Below the pieces are notes generated by a model, which worked only from the letters and a program-made list of their open reading frames with translations, was not told the origin of the DNA and did not search any database. From positions 140,142 through 204,141 of the forward strand of contig CAYUZE010000001.1 of NCBI GenBank assembly GCA_964449585.1: a stretch of 64,000 bases of DNA. The letters are read 5' to 3'. Each line of letters opens with the position of its first letter. Position 1 is the stretch's first letter. This document shows, piece after piece, positions 46,420 to 55,614 of the stretch. This DNA comes from an uncultured Gammaproteobacteria bacterium. Lineage in GTDB: Bacteria; Patescibacteriota; Microgenomatia; UBA10105; UBA927. The position numbers and the translations under genes were made by a program.

Positions 46420-47199
46420 TTAATCAGCCTCCTTTACTTTTTCCAATGTCTCTCTATTCATCCCGTTTGTTTCTATTTCTTTCCAAGTTGAAAGATAAAA
46501 CTCAAGGTCAGATGCATATTCAAGCGTCTTTTGAATATGCCGATACAGATACCGTTTTGATCGCTCATCCGGGCAAATTATGATAATAATAGGAAACGGA
46601 TGTTTTGCGGCTTCTTGCCAGGTATCCTCATCAAAATATTCCACATATTGATTGATTCTCCGTCGTAATATCATACGGGCTGGTAGTGGATCTAGTATGT
46701 CCAGGAAATACCGTTTCATTTTCCCGCTTTGCTCTTTGATGGCAATATAGGCATCAGGATGTGGATTGAGGATGTAGTCGTGTTCATATAAATCTGTCTT
46801 AGTAAAGAAATGAAGAACAGCATTGGTTGTTTTGACAAGTTCCGTAAGCGATAAATAAATATCTGCCAAGAACAGGGAATGTATACGAAATTGTTCTGAT
46901 AATGTGTGTTCTCTCCATACCCTGTTCAGTAACTGTGGTTGAATCGTGCTTCCTTTTTCATTTGCTTTTTCCAGTAGATATTTTCTTCCTTTTGCTCCTA
47001 ATGAATATAATGCAGCTATAGTTACGGTTTTTGGATTATAGTATTTCCGAATAAAGCCATTGTTAGTTAATTGATTAAGCCAGATGATTACGCGATTAAA
47101 ATATTTGTGATTAAGGAGACTTTGAATTTGGAGACGATTGAGGAAACGAAAGCGATAGAGGTAAATAAGTATTTCTTCTTGCCGATGAGTAAGTATCAT
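46420..47199 (-). CDS. Replication-relaxation (Replic_Relax) family protein, passenger gene inside the IS
   Basis: N-terminal LTHRQEEILIYLYRFRFLNRLQIQSLLN matches the Replic_Relax winged-helix signature (LT.RD..IL..L...R.lt..Qi..L). Confidence 0.5.
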   Translation of the reverse strand: MILTHRQEEILIYLYRFRFLNRLQIQSLLNHKYFNRVIIWLNQLTNNGFIRKYYNPKTVTIAALYSLGAKGRKYLLEKANEKGSTIQPQLLNRVWREHTLSEQFRIHSLFLADIYLSLTELVKTTNAVLHFFTKTDLYEHDYILNPHPDAYIAIKEQSGKMKRYFLDILDPLPARMILRRRINQYVEYFDEDTWQEAAKHPFPIIIIICPDERSKRYLYRHIQKTLEYASDLEFYLSTWKEIETNGMNRETLEKVKEAD

Positions 47200-47457
47200 A
47201 GCATCTCTTTATATATAAAGAATAGTAGTGTAAGTAAATATAAATTATTTAGCCTTAAATATAAGGTAAATTAGTGTAAACACGCTTACACTAATTTGGA
47301 AGTATAACAGATTACCTAACTTATGCGAAGGGTGGAGTACTATTGCCAGTTTGGTATACTCAGAATATGCAAAAGAAGAAATTGGAAAATAACCTCTTGG
47401 TAAAAAAGCGACTTAAGGAAAATCAAACGATTGAAAAAAAAGATTTTATAAAGCTAC

Positions 47458-48351
47458 TCAAGAAAGCAACGCGAGTTTCAAGGCCTTCTTCAAAGCGATC
47501 TGCCTAAGCATGTCTGTAAACATATCATCTGATTTTCTGTTTCCGTAGCGGAATCCATATTCATTGGCATAGTGTTGTAGGTACTTAGGACTAATGTGGG
47601 TATAGACTCCAGTTACTCCTCTTTTAAAAATACTCCAAAACCCTTCGATTGAATTAGTGTGGATGTCAGTTCCTTTAATTACATACGTTTCTTTGTGGTT
47701 CACATAGGAATGGTTGTATCCATGTTGGGTTAATTGTTGATATGCTCCTAGTTGATCGGTATATATGGTGGCATCCGTTGCCAAATTTTCTTTAATCTGT
47801 TTAAGGATTGTCCATTTGCCGGTGTTAGGGATATGTCTTAAATGGATTTTTCCTCCTCGCTGGAGAATACCCATGACGATTTCTTTCGGCTTCTCATTGA
47901 AATGTGGAACAAAGCGTTTGTTCTTTCCATCTCCACCAATATATGTTTCGTCACTTTCATTTGTGCCATCCATTGGCTCCCCATCATCAGTCATAAGTTT
48001 GCGAATCTGATGGCACATGCGGAATGCACATTTATAGGTGACTCCAACTTCTCTTTGAATCTGACGTGCGCTGATGCCACTTCGGGTTTTACTCATGACC
48101 CACATGACATAAAACCATGTCCGTAGATCAGTTGTGCTTTTTTCAAAGATCGTGTTTTTAAGAGGATACACTTGAGTTCGACATATACCACAAGAATAGG
48201 CCATACGGCCATCAAGTTTGTAGAAGTTGGTTAGTTTTTGACATTTTGGGCAGGTAACACCATTGGGAAATACGAATTTCTTTATTTCATCTAAACACGC
48301 TTCGTTATTAGGATATTTTCTCAAAAACGTCTTGAGGCTAAGTTGTTTCAT
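47458..48351 (-). CDS. IS1595-family DDE transposase (ISXO2-like) with an N-terminal zinc ribbon
   Basis: CPKCQ...CGIC zinc ribbon; DDE residues in DETYIGG, IYTDQLGAY, NSIEGFWS. Confidence 0.8.
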   Translation of the reverse strand: MKQLSLKTFLRKYPNNEACLDEIKKFVFPNGVTCPKCQKLTNFYKLDGRMAYSCGICRTQVYPLKNTIFEKSTTDLRTWFYVMWVMSKTRSGISARQIQREVGVTYKCAFRMCHQIRKLMTDDGEPMDGTNESDETYIGGDGKNKRFVPHFNEKPKEIVMGILQRGGKIHLRHIPNTGKWTILKQIKENLATDATIYTDQLGAYQQLTQHGYNHSYVNHKETYVIKGTDIHTNSIEGFWSIFKRGVTGVYTHISPKYLQHYANEYGFRYGNRKSDDMFTDMLRQIALKKALKLALLS

Positions 48352-48401
48352 TCTTAGCCAAGAATATCATATTTATCCCGTGTTGTCAAGGGATCATCAC
48401 C

Positions 48402-48409
48402 AGAGATTC
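48402..48409. repeat. 8-bp target-site duplication AGAGATTC, right copy
   Basis: Identical to 45932-45939. Confidence 0.6.
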
Positions 48410-48663
48410 GGGTATATAAAGGGCAAGGATGTAAAAACTGCCGTTTTACGGGATACGCTGGGCGGGTCGGTATTTTCGAGGTATTGGAAGTAACCAAGGA
48501 AATAAAAAAACTGATTACCGAAAGAAAAGACAGTGACGTGATTGCACAAAAAGCGGTTGAGCAAGGGATGTTAACGATGCTTGATGACGGACTTATCAAG
48601 GTATCAAAGGGAGTGACGACAATCGAAGAAATACTTCGGGTTACCCGGGTGGAATCGTTATGA
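48402..48663 (+). pseudogene. pilB: PilB 3-prime fragment (C-terminal zinc-finger and tail), separated from the 5-prime part by the IS
   Basis: The frame gives EIRVYKGQGCKNCRFTGYAGRVGIFEVLEVTKEIKKLI...GLIKVSKGVTTIEEILRVTRVESL*, the canonical GspE C-terminus; the stop overlaps the pilC ATG (ATGA). Confidence 0.8.
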
Positions 48664-49712
48664 AAGCGGAAACTCTCACTCTCCAAAATTCTGAAAAATT
48701 GGCGTTGCTGAGTAATCTCTCGACTATGGTCAACGCCGGGTTAACGCTTGCCGAATCCATCAATTCACTCCTTGAAGACGCTACCGGTAATTTAAAAATC
48801 CTGCTTACGGGGATTGAGGCGGATATAACTCAGGGAAAGCCGCTTCATAGCGCCCTGGCTAAGTATCCTCGTGTATTTGATAGCGTTACGGTCGCCATTA
48901 TTAAAGCGTCGGAGGAATCGGGAACCATAGATGTCGTGCTTAAGGATGTAAAAAATACCATAAAAAAAGACATGGAGTTTAGCGATAAGATTCGTTCGGC
49001 ACTGACCTATCCCGCCGTTATTCTCGTAGTTTTTTTTGGCGTGCTTTTATTGCTTATTACCTTTGTTATTCCGAAAATTTCGGAAGTGTTTCTGCGCCTC
49101 CGCGTGGATTTGCCGCTTCCCACCCGCATTCTTATCGGTCTGTCGAATCTTGTGCTCAATTATACCCTTCCGACGCTTTTAGTACTGTTTGGACTTATTC
49201 TTATTCTCGTGTTTCTCTTTAAGCGAAAGCGTGCCTTTGTCATCAATGTTTTGCTTAATTTACCCTACGTGTCCACCATCGCGAGACAGATAGACCTGAC
49301 GAGATTTTCCCGCAGCATGTATTTACTGTTGGTCTCCGCAATTCCCTTGTACACGGCACTTGAGTTAACCCAGGCAGTTGCGATGAAAAAAGATATCCGC
49401 GAGGCGATCGCGAGAGCCCGAGAATATGTCGGGGGCGGGAAACGGTTGACGGATGGCTTACGCGGGCAAAAAAATATTCCCTCTTTGATGCTCAAGATCA
49501 TTGAGGTCGGTGAGCGAAGCGGTTCGCTTGATACATCAATGGAAGATCTGTCGGAATATTTTGATTATCAGGTGACGACCACGTTGCAGTATCTTATGAC
49601 GCTGCTCGAACCGGTGATCTTGGTGTTAGTCGGCGTTGTTGTGGGAGGAATGATGATGGCGATTATCGCGCCGATTTATAGTCTTATCGGTCAAGTGGGG
49701 GAGTTCCACTAG
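48660..49712 (+). CDS. pilC: Type IV pilus assembly platform protein PilC (GspF family)
   Basis: Two GspF-like repeats with TM segments; position immediately after pilB. Confidence 0.75.
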   Translation: MKAETLTLQNSEKLALLSNLSTMVNAGLTLAESINSLLEDATGNLKILLTGIEADITQGKPLHSALAKYPRVFDSVTVAIIKASEESGTIDVVLKDVKNTIKKDMEFSDKIRSALTYPAVILVVFFGVLLLLITFVIPKISEVFLRLRVDLPLPTRILIGLSNLVLNYTLPTLLVLFGLILILVFLFKRKRAFVINVLLNLPYVSTIARQIDLTRFSRSMYLLLVSAIPLYTALELTQAVAMKKDIREAIARAREYVGGGKRLTDGLRGQKNIPSLMLKIIEVGERSGSLDTSMEDLSEYFDYQVTTTLQYLMTLLEPVILVLVGVVVGGMMMAIIAPIYSLIGQVGEFH

Positions 49713-50079
49713 CGGCGGTTTTCTTGACCAATTCCACCAGCGCTGGGGGTAATATATCCGCCTTCAAAATATGTGTTGCGGCTCCCATTTTGAGCGCGGT
49801 ATCCAAAATCGGATCGTGATCAAGATTCGTCAAAAGGATAATGGGACCGTTGGGCGTTTCCGATTGTGTCTCCTGCAGCTTGGTGAGGACGCCGAGTCCG
49901 TCGAGTTTGGGCATCATTACATCGAGCAGAATGACACAAAAGCCGCCTTTACGAAGCTGTTCCAGTCCCGCTTCGCCATTCTCGGCCGTGGTTACCGTAA
50001 AACCGGCGTCCGTCAGTACTTCCTCATACAATTCTCGAATAAACGAGTCGTCGTCGATAATAAGGATGCGCTTTTCCAT
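49684..50079 (-). CDS. Single-domain response regulator (CheY-like receiver)
   Basis: RILIIDDD, phospho-acceptor VILLDVMMP, LLTNL...K; start set at the internal Met (the track ORF extends to 50373). Confidence 0.7.
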   Translation of the reverse strand: MEKRILIIDDDSFIRELYEEVLTDAGFTVTTAENGEAGLEQLRKGGFCVILLDVMMPKLDGLGVLTKLQETQSETPNGPIILLTNLDHDPILDTALKMGAATHILKADILPPALVELVKKTAASGTPPLDR

Positions 50080-50155
50080 CTTTTGTATCTTACCCCACTC
50101 ATAGGGTAAACTCAACGAATATCTATGGTAATCAGCACGGAACCATGCTGTAAGT

Positions 50156-51670
50156 ATGTTGACACAAACTCTTATCAATAATCCCGTCAGATGGGAGCAA
50201 ATGCTTCGTGAAAAGCCCGAATCATTCTGGTTGAGAAGGGGGGAAAAAGCAGTCCTCTCCCTGTGGAATGAAATGGCGCGCAATGTTCCCGCATATAAAA
50301 AAATGCTGGTGTCGCGACACAAAAAAACAGCAACGGGATTAGCGGATTTTGTGCGCCGGGCGCCGGTGCTCACGAAAGAAAATTATCTTCGTCGTTTTCC
50401 TCTCGCGTCACTTTGTTGGCACGGCACCATGGCGACAAAGCCGACGATTATTTCCGCAACCAGCGGTTCATCGGGAGAACCTTTTTACTTTCCGCGAACC
50501 CGTGAACAGGACTTGCAGTATGCGGCGGTTGCCGAGATGTATCTCCGATCCAATTTTGCCATTCATAAAAAATCCACCCTCTATATCGTCGGTTGGGGCA
50601 TGGGGGTATGGATCGGCGGCGTGTTTACCTATTCGGCGCTTCGTACCCTTGCGGAGCGAGGTAAGTATCGATTGAGCATCATCACCCCGGGAACGTCAAA
50701 TGATGAAATACTTAAAGCGGTGACCCGTCTTGGCGGGCAATTTGATCAGATAATCATCGGGGGATATCCCCCGATGATAAAGGATCTTATCGACGAAGGG
50801 ATACGCATGCACGTGTCGTGGAAAAAGTATCCGATAAAGTTTATTTTTTCCGCCGAAGGGTTTACCGAATCATTTCGTTCCTATATTGTCGACAAGGCAG
50901 GATTAAAAAATCCGCTTATCGACACGTTAAATCATTACGGCAGCGTAGACCTCGGAACCATGGCACATGAAACACCGGCGGCAATTTTAATTCGACGTCT
51001 TGCCGCGAATAACCCCGCACTCAACGAGCAATTATTCGGACATCCGCACAATCAACCGACGCTGGCGCAATATATTCCCGAGTTGTTTTATTTTGAAGAG
51101 CATGAGGGTGTGCTTCTGTGTAGTGCCAGAAGCGGTATTCCCCTTGTCCGCTATGATTTGCTTGATTGGGGGGGCATTCACACGTTTGCGAAAATACGCG
51201 AGATTTTTGCGGCACATGCCATTGATCTTGAGAAAGAAATACGTCGTGCGGGTATTGCACCTTCACTTTGGCATCTTCCTTTTGTATATGTCTTTGAACG
51301 GAAAGACTTCACCATCAAGATTTCGGGAGCCAATATATATCCGCAGGAAATAAAGCGTGCACTCGAAATTCCCGCCATACAAAAAATGGTCACTGGCAAG
51401 CATACGGCGGAAGTGTATTACGACGCATCCATGAATCAGTCGTGGAAAGTGCATATTGAACTGCAAGAAGGAGTGACTCCGGCGGCAAAATCCGCAAGTT
51501 TTGTACAGCAATCTATCGTGGATGTCCTTTCGGAGTGCAATTCCGAGTTTGCCAACAACGTCGCAAGTCTTGGGAGGGAACGGATGTCTCCCAGGGTACA
51601 ATGGTGGCCGTACAAAAGTGCCCCGCACTTTACCGCTTCCGGTAAGCATAAATGGGTTAGGAAAACATAA
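50156..51670 (+). CDS. Adenylate-forming enzyme of the PaaK/CapK/F390-synthetase family (phenylacetate-CoA ligase-like)
   Basis: N-terminal helix plus KENYLRRFP; AMP-binding motif ATSGSSGEPF; 504 aa. Confidence 0.65.
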   Translation: MLTQTLINNPVRWEQMLREKPESFWLRRGEKAVLSLWNEMARNVPAYKKMLVSRHKKTATGLADFVRRAPVLTKENYLRRFPLASLCWHGTMATKPTIISATSGSSGEPFYFPRTREQDLQYAAVAEMYLRSNFAIHKKSTLYIVGWGMGVWIGGVFTYSALRTLAERGKYRLSIITPGTSNDEILKAVTRLGGQFDQIIIGGYPPMIKDLIDEGIRMHVSWKKYPIKFIFSAEGFTESFRSYIVDKAGLKNPLIDTLNHYGSVDLGTMAHETPAAILIRRLAANNPALNEQLFGHPHNQPTLAQYIPELFYFEEHEGVLLCSARSGIPLVRYDLLDWGGIHTFAKIREIFAAHAIDLEKEIRRAGIAPSLWHLPFVYVFERKDFTIKISGANIYPQEIKRALEIPAIQKMVTGKHTAEVYYDASMNQSWKVHIELQEGVTPAAKSASFVQQSIVDVLSECNSEFANNVASLGRERMSPRVQWWPYKSAPHFTASGKHKWVRKT

Positions 51671-51684
51671 ATGGAGTTGTTACA

Positions 51685-51708
51685 ATGACAGTAACGCTCT
51701 ATGGATGA
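51685..51708 (+). other. 7-codon mini-ORF (MTVTLYG*) translationally coupled to the downstream E1-like gene
   Basis: GGAG (51673-51676) 8 nt upstream of the ATG at 51685; the TGA stop at 51706-51708 overlaps the ATG (51701) of the E1-like gene in the arrangement ATGGATGA. Confidence 0.25.
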
Positions 51709-52861
51709 TACTGCCCGTGATTATCGAATACTCCTCGATCCCAAAAAAAAGAAGGATGCCGACGTCATTGCACGCGTAACCTCACTTTCCGGAACCGTGG
51801 TTATCGATGAACTCGAATCACAGTTTGAGGAACTCTATAAAATCCGTAACCCCGGAACGATTTTTCAGTCATGGACGCCCGAACAGGTACGAAAATTCAC
51901 GCAAACCATTTTGGGGGAAAATACGACGGCGGCGTTCGGCAAATGGGGATGGTACCCTTGGAGTAAGACGCTCATTCATTTTTTGCCGGAGCCGCTTCAT
52001 TTTGAATTACGAACCGCCCGCAACCGAAATCTCATTACGAAAAAAGAACAGCACTGTTTCTATAACGCGCACATAGGAGTTGCGGGACTGAGTGTCGGGA
52101 ATGCCGTGGTCTCTGCGATAGTTCATACGGGGGGAGCCAAGTATCTCCGTATTGCCGACGGCGACGTCTTGTCAGGGTCGAATACAAACCGCATTCGCGC
52201 GGGTTTTGACACGATCGGCGTACCCAAAACGACCGTTGTTGCCCGTGAGGTACTCCTTACGAATCCGTATGCGAACCTTCAGGTATATGCTGAAGGACTT
52301 ACGGAGAGTAACTTACAACAATTTCTTACGGTTCCCGTGCCGCTTACCGTTGTCGTTGATGAGATGGATAATTTATACCTTAAAATACGACTTCGTTTGC
52401 TCGCGCGAAAATATCGCATTCCCGTTGTTATGGCAGCAGATAACGGAGAAGGTGTCGTCGTTGATATTGAACGGTATGATTTACATCCCCATCTTCCCCT
52501 CATGCACGGCGACGTACCGGAAGAGGAACTCCTGCGCATCCGTCCCGACACGCCCCGTTCGACTGCGGCGCGCATTATCAGTACGTGGGTGAAGCCGGAA
52601 AATATTGCCACACGAATGATGAGCTCTCTTATGGAGATGGGAAAGACAATCTACACGTGGCCACAACTGGGAAACGCCGCCGCCATGGCGGGGTCGGTAA
52701 TGAGCTATGTGGTGAGGCAGATTGCCGTAAAGAATCCCCTTAGGGAAGGAAAAATCGTTTTGTCTCCCGAGGCGTTATTTATGCCTTCTGATACGGCATC
52801 ACTTGAAAATAATCGAAAAGAAAAAATATACAGGCGATTTATAAAGATGACTCAGAAATGA
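51701..52861 (+). CDS. ThiF/MoeB/MccB-like E1 adenylyltransferase with an extra N-terminal domain of about 100 aa
   Basis: Rossmann motif GVAGLSVGNAV; ADGDVLSGSNTNR (D.D.V..SN.NR) E1 signature; N-terminal extension comparable to MccB peptide-clamp / RRE-type fusions. Confidence 0.6.
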   Translation: MDDTARDYRILLDPKKKKDADVIARVTSLSGTVVIDELESQFEELYKIRNPGTIFQSWTPEQVRKFTQTILGENTTAAFGKWGWYPWSKTLIHFLPEPLHFELRTARNRNLITKKEQHCFYNAHIGVAGLSVGNAVVSAIVHTGGAKYLRIADGDVLSGSNTNRIRAGFDTIGVPKTTVVAREVLLTNPYANLQVYAEGLTESNLQQFLTVPVPLTVVVDEMDNLYLKIRLRLLARKYRIPVVMAADNGEGVVVDIERYDLHPHLPLMHGDVPEEELLRIRPDTPRSTAARIISTWVKPENIATRMMSSLMEMGKTIYTWPQLGNAAAMAGSVMSYVVRQIAVKNPLREGKIVLSPEALFMPSDTASLENNRKEKIYRRFIKMTQK

Positions 52862-52870
52862 CGGGTATTT

Positions 52871-55093
52871 ATGTCTATTAATCTGCTCATTCTTATCGGC
52901 GGTGTTGCCGCAAACATTTTGCTGGGGCTGTTCGTATTTGTCCGGAACAGAAGATCGGCGACGGCTATCCTGTTTTTCCTTTTAACTCTCGATATCGGCC
53001 TTTGGTCTATAGCCAATTACCTGTCGCTTCACACGCGTGACTTACTCACCGTACTCTATTGGACACGGGGTGTTATGGCACTTGCGGTTCCTCAGGCGGT
53101 ATTGTTCTATTTGCTGATTTGCACCCTTCCGTCGGTAAAGTTTTCGGCACCTAACAGATGGTTTACCGGCTATCTTGCTATCAGTGCCATTACGGCAGGT
53201 CTGTGTGTTTCGCCGTATTTATTCCCGTCCCTTATTTTCGTAAATAACGTCCCTTCACCGACTCCGGGGCCTGCAATGCCGCTTTTTGCGGCGGTGGCGG
53301 TGGGTTCGGTTCTGGCCGCGGTGGGAAAGCTTCTTCAACGTATACGGAATGAAAAAGGAATAATACGGTCGCAGCTGCAGGTAATCGGACTCGGCATTGC
53401 CGTCATGTTTGCACTCATAATATTTTTCAATTTTGTGCTGGTTATCGTATTTCAACAGTCGTCATTTATTTCATTCAGCCCTCTTTACACACTTCCGTTC
53501 GTTATTGCGACGGCGTACGCGATTATTAAACATAAATTTCTGGCTATTCGTGCGGTTATCGCCCGAGCGGTTTCTTACGTGACGCTTATTTCCCTGTTCG
53601 GCATTGCGTACGCGCTGCTGTTTTCTTCGACCGCCTCACTGCTGGTTACTCCGTACATTGATCCGCAATTTATCGCTGTTTCAACATTTTTATCGCTCGT
53701 CATGTTGCTGACGTTCCCGCCGATTAAACGGGGAATTGAAAAAGCGACCGACGCGGTTTTTTTTAAAAACAAGTATGACACGCCGCAGGTTCTGTATCGT
53801 TTGTCAAAAACCATGGCCAGATCACTTCGACTCGAGGACTTATGCCATCAATTTCTTCGTGAGCTAATGACGGAGCTGAAAATCACTAAAGCATGTATCG
53901 TTCTTATTCATCAGGAACGAATATTTTCGATTCTTTCAGAAGGGTACGAGGTGACTCCGGAACTCCACGAGTCAGTCGCCGTACGCGCGGCAACGGTGGG
54001 AGGCGCGCATCGTCGTGACGACGAACAGGATCAATACCGAAAGGCAGTATTTGACGCACTGGATGCGTCCGTATTCATTCCTCTCGAAACATCGCAAAAG
54101 GTAATCGGCTTACTTTGCGTCGGTGAGCGCCTTTCAGGGGAAGAATACGCGGAGGAAGATATACATCTTTTGGAGATTATTGCCCCGGAGCTCGGTGTTG
54201 CCATCGAAAACTCATTGTCCTATGAGGAAATCCGCCGTTTTACGTTGACGCTTGAAGATGAAGTAAAACATGCCACCGAGGATCTTCGCGGCGCCAACGA
54301 GAAACTGCTGCAACTTGATAAGCTGAAGGACGAATTTGTATCACTTGCCTCGCACGAATTACGAACCCCTCTCACTTCAATTCGCTCGTATTTATGGATG
54401 GCGCTGTCGGGGAAAGGCGGCAGTTTATCCGAAAAACAGTCGTATTATCTTGAACGCGCCTTTAGTTCTGCCGATCGTCTCATTCGGCTGGTGAACGATA
54501 TGTTGAATATTTCCCGGATTGAATCAGGAAGACTATCGGTGCAATTCTCACGGATCGGCATGCAAACGATCATTCGTGATGTCCTCCAGGAAGTACAGCC
54601 GAAAATAGATGAACAGGAACTCCGTATGGAGCTAAAAATCGACGAGAAGGATTTGCCCGATGTTATAGCTGACACAGATAAAATAAAGGAAGTGCTCATC
54701 AATCTTATCGGCAATGCCATAAAAAGTACCCCAAGATCGGGAACCATCACGATCACCCTGGAGCGAAAGGATGAATTTATCATGACCAGCGTGTCGGATA
54801 CGGGAATCGGCTTTGACCCGTCGTTCACTTCAAAATTGTTTACAAAATTCGGTACGCTTGCCACCCCGACCCCCGCGCAATCGTCAATAATGCAAAGTAC
54901 CGGCTTGGGATTGTTTATCTGCAAATCCATAGTTATGCTCCACGGGGGGAGTATTGAGGGTCATTCCGAAGGGAAAGGTATGGGGGCAACGTTCCGTTTC
55001 ACGCTTCCTATTTATACGATAGCAAAACGGGAGGCATTACAACGCAGATATTCACCGGACGGACTTGCCATTATACACAGTTCGCTTTCGTAA
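52871..55093 (+). CDS. Sensor histidine kinase with an N-terminal 7TM region, GAF-like domain, HisKA and HATPase_c
   Basis: Seven hydrophobic helices; H-box LASHELRTPLTSI; N/G boxes LIGNAIKST, DTGIGF, GLGLFIC. Confidence 0.8.
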   Translation: MSINLLILIGGVAANILLGLFVFVRNRRSATAILFFLLTLDIGLWSIANYLSLHTRDLLTVLYWTRGVMALAVPQAVLFYLLICTLPSVKFSAPNRWFTGYLAISAITAGLCVSPYLFPSLIFVNNVPSPTPGPAMPLFAAVAVGSVLAAVGKLLQRIRNEKGIIRSQLQVIGLGIAVMFALIIFFNFVLVIVFQQSSFISFSPLYTLPFVIATAYAIIKHKFLAIRAVIARAVSYVTLISLFGIAYALLFSSTASLLVTPYIDPQFIAVSTFLSLVMLLTFPPIKRGIEKATDAVFFKNKYDTPQVLYRLSKTMARSLRLEDLCHQFLRELMTELKITKACIVLIHQERIFSILSEGYEVTPELHESVAVRAATVGGAHRRDDEQDQYRKAVFDALDASVFIPLETSQKVIGLLCVGERLSGEEYAEEDIHLLEIIAPELGVAIENSLSYEEIRRFTLTLEDEVKHATEDLRGANEKLLQLDKLKDEFVSLASHELRTPLTSIRSYLWMALSGKGGSLSEKQSYYLERAFSSADRLIRLVNDMLNISRIESGRLSVQFSRIGMQTIIRDVLQEVQPKIDEQELRMELKIDEKDLPDVIADTDKIKEVLINLIGNAIKSTPRSGTITITLERKDEFIMTSVSDTGIGFDPSFTSKLFTKFGTLATPTPAQSSIMQSTGLGLFICKSIVMLHGGSIEGHSEGKGMGATFRFTLPIYTIAKREALQRRYSPDGLAIIHSSLS

Positions 55094-55094
55094 T

Positions 55095-55610
55095 ATGGGA
55101 ACACGGACATCGGCGATAACAACCAATAGGCGATCGGCGAGGGGGTTTACCCTTATTGAAATCGTGATCGTGGGGGCAATTATGGGAATGCTTTGGGCGA
55201 TAACTACCCAATCGTTTTTTGGCGGCATACGAAGTGCAACGCTTGACGTTGCGGGAGAATCCGTCGTGCGCGACATGAATCTTCAGCAGGCGAAAGCGAT
55301 GCACGGGGTCTCGTCAAACGGTGCCGCAGTAGATTACTCGATTCGGTTTGAAACTGACCGATACGTTCTGTATCCGGGATCGGTATATGATGCGGGTAAT
55401 GTTCAGAATCGCATCGTCAATCTTGAGCCCGCACACATTTTTAGCGAGATTGCCGTTCCCGATCAGACACTGACCTATGCCAGAGGTAACGGGATTGTTC
55501 GTGATTTTGCCAGTGGCGCCGATCATATAACGCTTTCCGATCCGGAAAGCGGCGAGAGTGTTGTTATCAGTATTAATGCATACGGGGTGGTGACCCTCCG
55601 TTGGCAATAG
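55095..55610 (+). CDS. Prepilin-type N-terminal cleavage/methylation domain protein (minor pilin)
   Basis: Leader ...RSARG then FTLIEIVIV with Glu at +5; start set at Met 55095, 2 nt after the kinase stop. Confidence 0.6.
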   Translation: MGTRTSAITTNRRSARGFTLIEIVIVGAIMGMLWAITTQSFFGGIRSATLDVAGESVVRDMNLQQAKAMHGVSSNGAAVDYSIRFETDRYVLYPGSVYDAGNVQNRIVNLEPAHIFSEIAVPDQTLTYARGNGIVRDFASGADHITLSDPESGESVVISINAYGVVTLRWQ

Positions 55611-55614
55611 TGCT

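Larger units (their letters stand above)
45940..48401 (-). mobile_element. 2.46-kb IS1595-family insertion (transporter-IS-like) carrying a transposase and two passenger ORFs, inside pilB
   Basis: Imperfect terminal inverted repeats GGTGGTGCTCCCTTCAAGACACG (left) and GGTGATGATCCCTTGACAACACG (right, reverse-complemented); flanked by the 8-bp direct repeat AGAGATTC; removing it restores an intact pilB frame. Confidence 0.65.

Noticed and set aside
50080-50373. 98-aa N-terminal extension of the response-regulator ORF on the minus strand
   Set aside because: The extension has no receiver homology and overlaps the start of the PaaK-like gene. The receiver domain begins precisely at the internal Met (MEKRILIIDDD).
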